Of a DNA stretch of 64,000 nucleotides, positions 52,252 to 62,532 are shown piece after piece. Both the position numbers and the translations under genes were made by a program. The notes beneath the pieces are model-generated. The model saw nothing but the letters and a program-made list of their open reading frames with translations. It did not search any database and was not told where the DNA came from. The stretch's first letter is position 1, and each line of letters opens with the position of its first letter. The DNA is from Acidimicrobiia bacterium (lineage in GTDB: Bacteria; Actinomycetota; Acidimicrobiia; Spongiisociales; ZC4RG35), in assembly GCA_965215185.1 (NCBI GenBank), contig OZ244034.1, positions 1,920,001 through 1,984,000 of the forward strand, given 5' to 3'.

Positions 52252-53919
52252 GTGGTCTTGGGAATCAGCGCCACGGCAACCGCTGCCTTGCAGAGCCCTG
52301 TGGGCGACGACGCCGCGCCTGGCTACCGGCGTGCCGGGTGGTGGACCGGCCTACGGCTGGTGGATCGCTTCGAGTCCCATGTCGCAGAGGCCCCCAACCA
52401 ACTGGCACTGGTCAGCGGCAGCGACACCCTGTCAAGGGGCGATCTCTGGAACGAAGCGGGGGAAGCCGCCGAGAAGATCCGTGCGGTCGTCGGTGACGTA
52501 AGGCGGGTCGTGGTGGTTCATCTGCCTAATTCCACCTCCTGGCTGGTGATGTTCCTGGCCGTGCTGCGGGCCGGCCACGTCCCGGCTACACCACCGGTGA
52601 CCACCGAGGTCGACCACCTGCGTCACATCTTCGAGTTGAGCAGGCCCGCTCTCGCCATATCCGTGGGCAGCCACCGGCGGGCGTTGCCAGCCGAGATCGT
52701 CCAAAAGGCCGCCACTTGTACCGATGGCGTCGCTTTGGGCCTGGCTAATCAAACATCTCTCGAAGTGCATAGCATCGGCAGCGGTCTGCAAAAGACCGAC
52801 CATGTACCCGAGGCCACTGCCCACCTCATGTTCACTTCGAGCACCACCGGGCCGCCGAAGGCTGTGAGCCATAGCGAGGACTCCCTGGCGACGCTGAACC
52901 GGCAGTTCGCGGAGCGATTCGACCTCAGTGGCCACACTCCTGTTTTCATGCCGTCTCCCCTAGGGCACAGCGTCGGGGCCATCCACGGCGCCCGACTGTC
53001 GATGTTCCTGGGCGCGCCGCTCATCCTTCAGGACGGGTGGGACCCCAGAACGGCTCTGGAGTTGGTAGCGCGTCACCGAGCGGCGTTCACCGCCGCGGCC
53101 ACGCCGTTCCTTCTCGATCTGGCCAATGCCCCATGGAGCGGTGCCGAGCCCAAGCTGGCCCCGCTCCGGACCTTCCTGTGCGGCGGCGCCCAGGTGCCGC
53201 CAGCGCTGATCCGGCGCTGCCGCAGGGAGTTCCCCGATACGTTCGTCACACCGCTTTGGGGCATGACCGAGGGCGGTCTTACCACCTGCATGGACAGTTC
53301 GTCCGCCGAGCAGGTCGAGACCACCGTAGGCATCGGGCTTCCCGGCTTGGAGCTACGAGTCCTCGACGCCGAGATGCGGCTGCAGGAGTGCGGCCCAGGC
53401 GAGCTGGTCATGCGCGGGCCCGGAGTGTTTAACGGCTACTTCGGCCAGCCCAAGCTGTATGCCGAGCACCTCGTCGGAGACGGGTTCTTCCGCACCGGCG
53501 ATCTTGCCCACATCGACGCCGACCGTTACGTATCAATCACCGGACGGGTCAAGGACCTGATTGTCCGCGGAGCGGTCAACATCTCGCCCGTAGAGACCGA
53601 GAACGCTATCGCTGCCCACCCCGACGTGGCCGGCGTGGCCGTGATCGGCTGGCCGGATGAGCGCCTCGGCGAACGCATCTGCGCTGTTGTCCAGGCCAAC
53701 GCTCCCTTGGACCTTGAACAAGTCATCGCTTTCTGCGCAGACCGAGGCCTGTCCCGCCGGTACTGGCCCGAGCGTCTTGAGTTGGTTGACGGCTTCCCCC
53801 GCACGGCGTCGGGAAAGATCCGGAAGCTGCAGCTGCGAACAGCGCTGCTCAGGCGTGTCCCCGGCGCCCCGAGCCAGACCTTCGGCAGTCGGTCACGGGC
53901 CGGGGAGACAAACCCATGA
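52252..53919 (+). CDS. Acyl-CoA synthetase (cyclohexanecarboxylate-CoA ligase-like)
   Basis: FTSSTTGPPK, WGMTE, RTGD, GRVKD, PRTASGKI. Confidence 0.9.
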   Translation: MVLGISATATAALQSPVGDDAAPGYRRAGWWTGLRLVDRFESHVAEAPNQLALVSGSDTLSRGDLWNEAGEAAEKIRAVVGDVRRVVVVHLPNSTSWLVMFLAVLRAGHVPATPPVTTEVDHLRHIFELSRPALAISVGSHRRALPAEIVQKAATCTDGVALGLANQTSLEVHSIGSGLQKTDHVPEATAHLMFTSSTTGPPKAVSHSEDSLATLNRQFAERFDLSGHTPVFMPSPLGHSVGAIHGARLSMFLGAPLILQDGWDPRTALELVARHRAAFTAAATPFLLDLANAPWSGAEPKLAPLRTFLCGGAQVPPALIRRCRREFPDTFVTPLWGMTEGGLTTCMDSSSAEQVETTVGIGLPGLELRVLDAEMRLQECGPGELVMRGPGVFNGYFGQPKLYAEHLVGDGFFRTGDLAHIDADRYVSITGRVKDLIVRGAVNISPVETENAIAAHPDVAGVAVIGWPDERLGERICAVVQANAPLDLEQVIAFCADRGLSRRYWPERLELVDGFPRTASGKIRKLQLRTALLRRVPGAPSQTFGSRSRAGETNP

Positions 53920-54710
53920 CCTCGGTCGAATTGAACGACATCGTAGTCAACTACAGCCGGCGGGGCTCGGGCAAACCCGTCGTGCTGCTCCACGGGCTGG
54001 CAGAGGACCATCGCTCCTGGGACGCCGTAGCCGCCCATCTAGGTTCCTTCACCACCTTCGCGGTCGACCTTCGAGGCCACGGACGGACAACTGCCGGCCA
54101 GGGTGCGGGTACTTTGTCGCAGCTGAGCGACGACTTGATTATGTTCCTTAGAGCCGTTAGCGGTCCGGCGGCGGTCGTCGGATATTCGCTTGGCGGGACC
54201 ATTGCTCTTAGAGCCGCCACCGTCGCACCAGCTCTAATCCGGCATCTCATCGTGGTGGCCACCTCATCGGTGGTCGGGACAGCCGCAGCCAAGTTTTTCG
54301 AGAGCCGCGTCGCCCAGATAGAGGCCGGGGACTGGGCTGGCTTTGCCGCCGGTCTGTGTGACGACACATCGAAGCAGATCGTCACTGACGCGGATCTCGA
54401 CTCTCTGACCGCTCATCGGATGGTGGCGGTCGGAGACGGCCGCGGCTACATCAACGCCGCCAGAGCAATGATCGGAATCCGGGCCGAACCGGTTCATCCG
54501 CTGCTAGCAAAGATCACGGTTGCCCTCGATATCGTCGGGGCGGAAAGCGATGTCTTCTGTCCCCGCCGGGCGTCGGATATTATCGCCGATGCGGTGCCCC
54601 ATAGCCGCTTCCACGAAATCGCCGGAGCAGGTCATCTGCTCTCGGTCGACCGGCCCCGGACCTACGGCGAGCTGCTGGCTCGGCTCCTTCACGAATCGGA
54701 CACCCGATGA
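53916..54710 (+). CDS. Alpha/beta hydrolase (enol-lactonase-like)
   Basis: LLHG, DLRGHG, GYSLGG, AGH. Confidence 0.9.
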   Translation: MTSVELNDIVVNYSRRGSGKPVVLLHGLAEDHRSWDAVAAHLGSFTTFAVDLRGHGRTTAGQGAGTLSQLSDDLIMFLRAVSGPAAVVGYSLGGTIALRAATVAPALIRHLIVVATSSVVGTAAAKFFESRVAQIEAGDWAGFAAGLCDDTSKQIVTDADLDSLTAHRMVAVGDGRGYINAARAMIGIRAEPVHPLLAKITVALDIVGAESDVFCPRRASDIIADAVPHSRFHEIAGAGHLLSVDRPRTYGELLARLLHESDTR

Positions 54711-55720
54711 CACACAGGTACGGCATCTCGCTGGGGGTGAGTCCCCGGGAGCCTTTGAGCCGCACGTCCGAGCTGGCCCGGGCTATCGACGAGAGCGGCT
54801 TCGACATTCTTTGGTACATAGACTTCCAGCTCGGATTGAAAGACGTGTACGCGGCTATGAACCTAGCCGCGCTGTCCACCCAGCGGGTGCTTATCGGAGC
54901 GGGCGTCACCAACCTCATGACCCGGCACCCCACCGTCACCGCCAACGCCACGGTTGCTCTCGACGAGCTCTCCATCGGTCGGGCCGTTCTCGGTCTTGGC
55001 GCAGGCTGGTCGGCGGTGCTGGGCGCCGGAGGCAGGCCGTCAAAGCTGGGCGACCTGCGGGCCGGGATTGACGGATTCCGCCAGATGTTCACCGGCGAGG
55101 CACACGAGCTTTACGGCACCCGGGTACGCCTGGCAACCGCCGCTCGGCAGATCCCTATCTATCTCGCCGCGTCCCAGCCCGCGATGCTGCGCCTCGCTGG
55201 CGAGATCTGCGACGGTGTCGTGCTGATGGGCGCCGCCGACCCCGAATTTTGCTCGTGGCAACTCGACTTCATACACGAGGGCTTGGCGGCAGCCAGCCGT
55301 GATCGAAAGGAACTGACAATCGACCTTTTTGTCACGATGTCGGTAGGCGACAACGAGACAGGAGCCATCGAGGACATCAGAGCTTGGGCCACCAGCCAGG
55401 CAGCCACATTCCACCCGTGGAAACGAATGCCACCGGCATGGGAGAGATTCCGCCCCGAGTTCGCTCGGGCAGCCAGAGCCTACAAGCTCGTCGATCACCT
55501 ATCGCTGCAGGCCCGGCACAAGCAGATCGTATCGGACGACTTCGCCCGGTCGGTGGCGCTGGCGGGCGACTTGGACACGTGCGTGGGCCGGCTGCGCCGC
55601 CTCTGGCGACTCGACATTGACCGTATCACGTTCGCGCTCCTGTCGGGTGGGCGACAGCAGCGTCTCGCCCACCTGTCAGATACCGTGATCCCCGCCGTGG
55701 AACCAACAGGTGGAAACTGA
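54707..55720 (+). CDS. LLM-class (probably F420-dependent, Mer-like) oxidoreductase
   Basis: GVTN..RHP..TANA..LDELS.GRA.LGLGAG; IPIYLAA. Confidence 0.88.
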   Translation: MTHRYGISLGVSPREPLSRTSELARAIDESGFDILWYIDFQLGLKDVYAAMNLAALSTQRVLIGAGVTNLMTRHPTVTANATVALDELSIGRAVLGLGAGWSAVLGAGGRPSKLGDLRAGIDGFRQMFTGEAHELYGTRVRLATAARQIPIYLAASQPAMLRLAGEICDGVVLMGAADPEFCSWQLDFIHEGLAAASRDRKELTIDLFVTMSVGDNETGAIEDIRAWATSQAATFHPWKRMPPAWERFRPEFARAARAYKLVDHLSLQARHKQIVSDDFARSVALAGDLDTCVGRLRRLWRLDIDRITFALLSGGRQQRLAHLSDTVIPAVEPTGGN

Positions 55721-56481
55721 TGGCTAACGACATGCCGGTGGCGCTGGTCACTGCGGCCGCGGGAGCCGGCATCGGAGCGGAGGTGGCGCGCCGGCTCGCT
55801 TCGGACGGCTTCGACGTGGTGGTGACCGACGCCCACGAGCGCCGATGCCGGGAGTTCGCTCGAGCACTGTCCGCAAAACTCGGGCGGGACATCCTCTCTT
55901 ACCACCTCGACGTGACCGATCACGCGCAGGTGCGCGCCGTGATCGACGACGTGGTGACCCGGCGGGCCCGTCTCGACGTGCTGGTCAACAACGCGGGATG
56001 GTCGAAGATCGAGCCGGTGGCCGAGATGTCCCTGGAAACCTGGCAACGCTGCCTCGATGTGGATCTCACCGGCACGTTCGTATGCATGCGGTACGCGCTC
56101 CCCATTATGATCGCCAGCGGCGGCGGCTCGATCATCAACATCTCCTCGATCGCGGCGTGGGAGATGTCGGCCGATCACGGCGCGGCCTACTCAGCCGCCA
56201 AAGCCGGCGTCCTGGCTCTCACCCGGGTCGCGGCGGCCGAGAACGGGGTCCATGGAGTGCGCGTCAATGCCGTAGCTCCCGGCCTCATCCACAACGAATT
56301 CCTCCGCAGGATCTACCCCGACGAGTTCTTCGACCGCTACCTGTCCGACAAAGCGTTCCTGGGCCGCATAGGACGACCCGCCGATGTTGCCAGCATGGTT
56401 TCGTTCCTGGCCTCCGACGAAGCGAGCTACGTGACGGGCGAGGTGCTCACCGTCTCCGGAGGCGTCTCCGCTCGTGGATGA
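55720..56481 (+). CDS. SDR, IpdF-like
   Basis: VTAAAGAGIG..DAHERR, NNAG, YSAAK. Confidence 0.88.
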   Translation: MANDMPVALVTAAAGAGIGAEVARRLASDGFDVVVTDAHERRCREFARALSAKLGRDILSYHLDVTDHAQVRAVIDDVVTRRARLDVLVNNAGWSKIEPVAEMSLETWQRCLDVDLTGTFVCMRYALPIMIASGGGSIINISSIAAWEMSADHGAAYSAAKAGVLALTRVAAAENGVHGVRVNAVAPGLIHNEFLRRIYPDEFFDRYLSDKAFLGRIGRPADVASMVSFLASDEASYVTGEVLTVSGGVSARG

Positions 56482-57850
56482 CGGGCCCCTCTGGTGGCCC
56501 GTCCAGCGACTCCTCGCCGCCTACCGCGACGGATCGCTCTCGCCCGTCGAGGTTGCGGACCTGGCCCAGGCGCGCATCGCCGAGATCGATCCGATCCTCC
56601 ATGCCTTCGTCCGCGCCACCCCCGGACTGTCCCTGCGTCAGGCCGAGGCAGCCGAGGCAGCCTACCGTTCGGGTAGCCCTGGCCTTCTCGCTGGCGTCCC
56701 CGTCTCGATCAAGGACGCCTTCCACATCGAGGGTCACGTCACCACGCTAGGTTCGCTGGCCCACGCCAACGACGTGGCCCGCCACGACTCCGGCGCCGTG
56801 CGCCGCTTGCGAAGGGCCGGAGCCGTGATCGTCGGTAAGACCAATATCCCGGAGTTCTGCCAGTCGGCCACCACGGACAACCTGCTCGGTCCCGACACTG
56901 CCAACCCTTTCAACCCCGACCTCACAGCGGGAGGGTCGAGCGGCGGCGCAGCGGCCTCGGTGGCGTCGGGGGCCTGCACTCTGGCGCTCGGTTCCGACGG
57001 CGGTGGATCGATCCGTATTCCGGCGTCGTTCTGCGGCCTCGTGGGCCTGAAACCCACCTATAGAGCCATAGACGATGCCGGGGGCTTCCGGGCGTTCAGC
57101 CCGTTCATCTCCGTGGGGCCCCTGGCCCGATGCGTGGCCGACGCCCGCTACCTGTATTCCGTGCTCTCAGCCGACGGCAACGTAACCGCAGGGACGCCGG
57201 CCTGCACGGGCCCGCGTCGTGTGGCGTGGTGCGCCAACCCAGAAGGCCGTCCGGTCGACAACGGTGTGGGTGATGTGGCAATATCAGCGGTGAATAAACT
57301 CGCCGCTTGCGGGCACCACGTCAGCTGCGTGAATCTCGACCTCGGAGGATGGGAGGAAATATTCGGGCCGATCGTGCTGGCCGAGGAAGGTGAGCGCCGA
57401 GGGCACCTGCTCGACGGGCCCCACCAGTTGACAATGTACCAGGAACGGTCTCTGAGAGCGGCCAGGCAGCTCGACCAAGAGACTCTGGCCAAGGCCCGCT
57501 CGGCCCTCGCGGAGTACCGAGCTCGGGTGGATAAGTACTTCTGCGACTACGACGTGATCGTCACCCCCGCCACCGCCACCACCGCCTTCGAACTCGGCTG
57601 CCGGCCGACGACCATTGCCGGCCGACGGGTGGGGCGGCTCTGGGGGGCTTTCCCGTTCGCGGCGCCGTTCAATGTCTCCGGACATCCCGCGGTAGTGCTC
57701 CCCGCAGGATTCGTGGACGGCCTACCGGCCGCCATTCAACTGGTTGGACGCCGCGGGGCCGACCGTGACCTGCTGTCGCTTGCCGGGCAACTGGAAGCCG
57801 AGTTGAACATCCGGCCCTTTGCCCGGCTGTCGCCCCGCATCCCGGCCTGA
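56474..57850 (+). CDS. Amidase signature family protein
   Basis: SIKD, GGSSGG, GSDGGGSIRIPA. Confidence 0.92.
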   Translation: MDDGPLWWPVQRLLAAYRDGSLSPVEVADLAQARIAEIDPILHAFVRATPGLSLRQAEAAEAAYRSGSPGLLAGVPVSIKDAFHIEGHVTTLGSLAHANDVARHDSGAVRRLRRAGAVIVGKTNIPEFCQSATTDNLLGPDTANPFNPDLTAGGSSGGAAASVASGACTLALGSDGGGSIRIPASFCGLVGLKPTYRAIDDAGGFRAFSPFISVGPLARCVADARYLYSVLSADGNVTAGTPACTGPRRVAWCANPEGRPVDNGVGDVAISAVNKLAACGHHVSCVNLDLGGWEEIFGPIVLAEEGERRGHLLDGPHQLTMYQERSLRAARQLDQETLAKARSALAEYRARVDKYFCDYDVIVTPATATTAFELGCRPTTIAGRRVGRLWGAFPFAAPFNVSGHPAVVLPAGFVDGLPAAIQLVGRRGADRDLLSLAGQLEAELNIRPFARLSPRIPA

Positions 57851-58629
57851 TGAGAGACGTAACCCACAAGGTCGACGGCTCTACTCTCCTTGTAGAAATC
57901 AACCGGCCACATCGTGCCAACGCCCTACGGCGCCAGACAATTCGCGAGCTTGAAGCCGAACTCGATGCAGTCGAAGCATCCGAGTCCAACCCCACCAGAC
58001 TGCCGGGCAACTATATCAGCGGAGTGGTCATCACCGGAGGCTCCAGACGCTTCAGCGCCGGCGCGGACCTCGCCACGCTCACCGGATCGCTCGAGGATCT
58101 CAAATTTGATGATGCGCTCGACCAGCTCTGTCGCCGGATAGTCCACAGCCCGCTGCCGGTGGTTGCCGCCGTCGAGGGCGCCTGCTTCGGCGCAGCAGTG
58201 GACCTGGCGTGGGCTTGCGATGCAGTGGTGGTTTCGGAAGAGGCACGCGTCGCCCTGCCTTCCACCAGATTGGGAATCCTGTACAACCCACTGTCCGTGG
58301 CCCGCCTACATTCCCGGCTCGGTTCCCCCACCCTGCGCCGTCTCATGGTTCTCCAACAGGAATTGGCGGGCCGGGAACTCCCGCCTGGCTCGGCCATTGT
58401 GGCGCGAACCGGCGCTGCGGCTTCGACCGCCGTGCGCCTCGTGCAAGCAGTCTCCGTGGACCGCGGCGCTATGGCAGCCACCAAGGCCCTCCTTGCGTCT
58501 TTGGATAGTAAAGCCAAGTTCGACGCCGCCCCGTGGCAAGCGGAGCGAGAAGCCCTGGTGGTCTCACCCGCCCGCCGACAGTCCCTCGAGACCCGCCGGG
58601 CCTCGATCACGAGAAAGAAACGGGCATAA
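57850..58629 (+). CDS. Enoyl-CoA hydratase/isomerase family protein
   Basis: NRPHRANAL, FSAGADL, PVVAAVEG..GA..LAWACD. Confidence 0.85.
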   Translation: MRDVTHKVDGSTLLVEINRPHRANALRRQTIRELEAELDAVEASESNPTRLPGNYISGVVITGGSRRFSAGADLATLTGSLEDLKFDDALDQLCRRIVHSPLPVVAAVEGACFGAAVDLAWACDAVVVSEEARVALPSTRLGILYNPLSVARLHSRLGSPTLRRLMVLQQELAGRELPPGSAIVARTGAAASTAVRLVQAVSVDRGAMAATKALLASLDSKAKFDAAPWQAEREALVVSPARRQSLETRRASITRKKRA

Positions 58630-58822
58630 AACTGAAGGATCAAACCCATCTTGGGCGTCTCTCCCGTTGATTGACACCTATCCGATTCCGGCAGGAACGC
58701 CTGCGCAAACCTTCCCGTCCGTGTCCCCCACACCCGGCTAGCAGCATAGGTCCGGTTGGAAAACACCGCTCGGCGTTTCGTTTCTTGTAGTCGGGGCGAT
58801 AGCGGCGGTCGTAGGCGGGGTG

Positions 58823-61180
58823 TCAGCGATTGTCCTCTTGGTGTTCTTGGCGGCCCCTGGAGATAGAGGAGGAAACAAGACTGAGAACATATGGAGCGGT
58901 AATCGGGGTGCGGGTGATCTCTGCGATACCCAGGTCTGAAAGCGCCTCCTCGATGGCGGCGGCGATAGCGGGGGCAGGACCGATGATTCCAGCCTCGCCG
59001 GCTCCTTTGGCGCCCCACGGCATGGCCGGCGCCGGCGATTGGAAGGGCCGGACCACCATGTTCGGTATCTCGGTGGTGGTGGGCAGATGGTAGTCGAGAA
59101 ACGATGTTGACAGTGGGTGTCCCCATTCGTCGTAATGGAGCTTTTCGAGGAGTGCTCCGCCTATTCCCTGCGCTATCCCACCGACCACTTGTCCCCTGAC
59201 AATCTGGGGGTTGATAACCGTGCCGCAATCATGGGCCACGATGTACTCAAGCACCCGAACCTTGCCGGTGCCAACGTCTACGGACACAACCGCCCCGTGG
59301 GAGGCGTTGGTGTAGGTGGCGCAACCATTGAGCCTCCCATAGTCGTCGGGACGATGCTCAATGCCGGGAGGGTCGTAGGTGGCGGTCGCCTCCATACCAG
59401 GTTTCACACCTTCGGGTAGGTCGATGGTGCGGATGTTGGCTACCGTGGCGACCTCCTGCCAAGTGACTGACATCCCGGGGCTTCCGCGGACGCTGAAACA
59501 CCCGTCGTACACCTTGATGTCATCCGGCGAGGCCTCCATCAAGTGAGCCGCGATGCGGGTTGCCTTCTCCAAGAGAATGTTGGAAGCTTCCCGAAGGGCG
59601 CCCGAGGCCACGTTGGTGCTCCTGCTCCCCCAACTGCCGAGTCCGTAGGGAGTCCGGTCGGTGTCCCCCATGACGACGCGGACCTGATCGCGTCTGACAC
59701 CCAGCGCCTCTGCGGTGAGGGAGGTCAGCATGGACTCCAAGCCTTGGCCCGAGGTGGAAACGCCGACCGACACCAAAGCGGTGCCGTCGGGGTTCATCCT
59801 GATGGAGCACGAGTCGAAGGAGGTCCAGTGTCCGCTGGTCAAGTAATACGTAGGGGTTACGCCCTCGATGTAGTTGACCACACCTGATCCCAGCCGGACA
59901 TGAGGATCATGGGCGAGCCGGGCTCTCCATCGGTCAAGCCTCTCCGAGGTGAGACGAACAGTTTCCTCGAAGGCTTCGCGGTGACTCCCGGAGTCAACGA
60001 TTGCACCGGCTGACGTCGTGTAAGGCAGGTCGTCTTGGCCCATGAGGTTGCGACGTCTAATCTCGCGCCGGTGGATTCCCAGGCGGTCGGCCGCTTTATC
60101 CATCAGACGTTCGATGGCGAACGCCGCCTCCGGAATCCCGAAACCCCGGTAGGCGCCGCAGGGAGTCTTGTTGGTTGCCACCGCAATGACACCCACAGAC
60201 TGGTGGGGAATCCGGTACGGGCCGGTAATGTGGCCGATGGCGGTGAAGGCGGGCGAGAAGCCGTATGGGTACATCTCGGCAACTCCCAGGTCTTGAATGG
60301 CCATCCCTCGCACCGCCCGGAACCGTCCGTCGCCATCAACGGCGGCCTCGAGGTCGAGGATCAGGTCACGGGCGTGACAGGCGGCGATCAGATGTTCCCT
60401 CCGGTCTTCGATCCACCGCACCGGTCTTCCGAGCCTCCTGGCCAACCAGGGGATCGTGACTTCTTCTACGTAAAACTCCGCTTTGACGCCGAATCCTCCT
60501 CCCACGTCTGGGACGATTACGCGGATATCCGTCTCGTCCAGCGGGAGGCAGTACGACAGCATGGTGCGGGCGATATGAGGAAACTGGGTGGATGTCCAGA
60601 CTGTGAGCCGGCCATCCCGATACTCGGCTGCCACCCCCTTTGTCTCCATGGGCACGCCGGTATGGCGGCCAACCTCGTAACGACCGGAAACGGTCATTTT
60701 CCCCCCAAACTCGGCTAACGCTTCCGGGTTGGCAACCGGAGAGTCGATCACGATGTTGTCCGGCCACTCCGGGTATAAGAGGGGGGCCTTGGGGGCCAGC
60801 GCCTCGTCTACAGAGACGACGGGATCGAGCGGTTCGAGATCCACGGTCAGGAGGTCACGGGCGTCCTCCGCCTCATATCGGTCAGGCGCCACCACTACCG
60901 CTATAGGCGCCCCCACGTAGCGAACCTTGCCCCGAGCCAGAGGAAAGATAGCCACCGGGCGGGCATTCTTGTCGAAGTCCGGGAAGGGCGAGACATCCGT
61001 CATGTCCTCAGCGGTGAATGCCCCTTCTACCCCGAGAACCTGCAGAGCCTCGCCGGTGTCCACCCCTTCGATCAGGGCATGGGGTAACGGGCTTCTGTAG
61101 AAGACGACTTCGAGCATCCCGGGCAGGGATACGTCTGCGACGAACCGTGCTGCGCCCGAGGCTGCTGAGCAGGCGCCGGT
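58823..61180 (-). CDS. Xanthine dehydrogenase-family molybdopterin large subunit (N-terminus uncertain, possibly damaged)
   Basis: DVGGGFGVK, AYRGFG, GQG, GAKGAGE; homology starts at GAARFVAD. Confidence 0.85.
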   Translation of the reverse strand, partial: TGACSAASGAARFVADVSLPGMLEVVFYRSPLPHALIEGVDTGEALQVLGVEGAFTAEDMTDVSPFPDFDKNARPVAIFPLARGKVRYVGAPIAVVVAPDRYEAEDARDLLTVDLEPLDPVVSVDEALAPKAPLLYPEWPDNIVIDSPVANPEALAEFGGKMTVSGRYEVGRHTGVPMETKGVAAEYRDGRLTVWTSTQFPHIARTMLSYCLPLDETDIRVIVPDVGGGFGVKAEFYVEEVTIPWLARRLGRPVRWIEDRREHLIAACHARDLILDLEAAVDGDGRFRAVRGMAIQDLGVAEMYPYGFSPAFTAIGHITGPYRIPHQSVGVIAVATNKTPCGAYRGFGIPEAAFAIERLMDKAADRLGIHRREIRRRNLMGQDDLPYTTSAGAIVDSGSHREAFEETVRLTSERLDRWRARLAHDPHVRLGSGVVNYIEGVTPTYYLTSGHWTSFDSCSIRMNPDGTALVSVGVSTSGQGLESMLTSLTAEALGVRRDQVRVVMGDTDRTPYGLGSWGSRSTNVASGALREASNILLEKATRIAAHLMEASPDDIKVYDGCFSVRGSPGMSVTWQEVATVANIRTIDLPEGVKPGMEATATYDPPGIEHRPDDYGRLNGCATYTNASHGAVVSVDVGTGKVRVLEYIVAHDCGTVINPQIVRGQVVGGIAQGIGGALLEKLHYDEWGHPLSTSFLDYHLPTTTEIPNMVVRPFQSPAPAMPWGAKGAGEAGIIGPAPAIAAAIEEALSDLGIAEITRTPITAPYVLSLVSSSISRGRQEHQEDNR

Positions 61181-61416
61181 TGCTGCATCGCTCGGTGCCG
61201 GGGGAGGTAAGGTAGCATGAAATGCGGTAAGGGCTGAGAGCCTACTGGGAGCACCCGACATGAGACGACAGGCCGAACACACTGGCGGAAGGGTGGCTGT
61301 CGTGTGTGAATTTCGATCAACACAGTGAGGGTCCCATGCCACGCTGCATCCAGGAGCGGCGAAGGCCGCCCTGAACCAGATAATCGAGGTGGCTGATCAA
61401 CGAGCCTGCTTGGACG

Positions 61417-62532
61417 ATGGGAGTTGAGGAGGAATACCTCCTCGTGGATCGGGAGACCGGGGAGCTCATCTCCACCCAGCCCCATGGGCTGATGGAGAGG
61501 GTCACAGAACTTCGTTACGGACTGGTGAGCCACGAACTCTTCGACTCTCAGATCGAGATCGGTACCGGGATCTGTCACGACGTCAAACAGCTCCGCGCCG
61601 ACGTTGGCCTGTTGCGCTTGGCGGTTAGCGAGGCCGCCGAGGAGTACGGACTCGCCCCCATAGCCGCATCCACCCATCCCCTGGCAAGATGGAAGAAGCA
61701 ACGAATCACCAAGGGGGAACGCTACCAGGCCCTCACCGAAGACCTCCAGGCGGTAACACGCCGAATGATCATCTCCGGAATGCACGTGCATGTGGGGATC
61801 GAAGATCCTGAGTTGCGAATCGACCTTATGGGTCAGGCCACCTATTTCCTGCCTCATCTGCTGGCCCTATCCACTTCCTCGCCATTCTGGGAGGGGACAG
61901 ACACCGGTCTGAAGAGCTACCGCATGTCGGTATTCGGCTCTGTGCCCCGCACCGGGTTGCCTGAGAAGTTCGATTCATGGGCTGACTTCAAACAGCACGT
62001 GCATGTGCTGGTGAGAGCAGGAGTCATCGAAGACTCCAGCAAGATCTGGTGGGATATCCGACCTTCCGAACGCTACCCCACCCTGGAAATGAGGGTCACC
62101 GATCTACCCACGAGGATGGAGGATACGATAGCCATCGCCGCACTGTATGTCTGCATCCTCCGGATGCTGTGGAGGTTCAAGATGGAGAACCTGCAGTGGC
62201 GTGTCCACGCCAACTTTCTGATTGCCGAAAACCTTTGGCGCGCCCAACGCTATGGCGTGAGCGACAGGTTGATCGACCTCAGTAGGGGTACGTTGGTACC
62301 GTTCCCCGTTTTGGTAGAGGAAATCATCGAATTGGTGCAACCCGATGCTGAAGCCCTGGGATGTAAACAGGAAATAGAGCACATCCGGACGATCTGTCGA
62401 AGGGGCACATCTGCCGATCGTCAACTGGCCGTCTACAATCAGGCGCTGAATTGCGGGGCTACCGACCACGAGGCGATCAAGGCTGTGGTGGACGCCCTGA
62501 TCGCTGACACCTTGATGCCTCCCGAGGAGTGA
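61417..62532 (+). CDS. Carboxylate-amine ligase (YbdK/GCS2 family)
   Basis: GVEEEY, GMHVHVG, SSPFW, WWDIRP, TLEMR. Confidence 0.92.
   Translation: MGVEEEYLLVDRETGELISTQPHGLMERVTELRYGLVSHELFDSQIEIGTGICHDVKQLRADVGLLRLAVSEAAEEYGLAPIAASTHPLARWKKQRITKGERYQALTEDLQAVTRRMIISGMHVHVGIEDPELRIDLMGQATYFLPHLLALSTSSPFWEGTDTGLKSYRMSVFGSVPRTGLPEKFDSWADFKQHVHVLVRAGVIEDSSKIWWDIRPSERYPTLEMRVTDLPTRMEDTIAIAALYVCILRMLWRFKMENLQWRVHANFLIAENLWRAQRYGVSDRLIDLSRGTLVPFPVLVEEIIELVQPDAEALGCKQEIEHIRTICRRGTSADRQLAVYNQALNCGATDHEAIKAVVDALIADTLMPPEE

Noticed and set aside
61181-61342. N-terminal extension of the 839-aa ORF
   Set aside because: Low-complexity, non-homologous sequence crossing the divergent promoter region.
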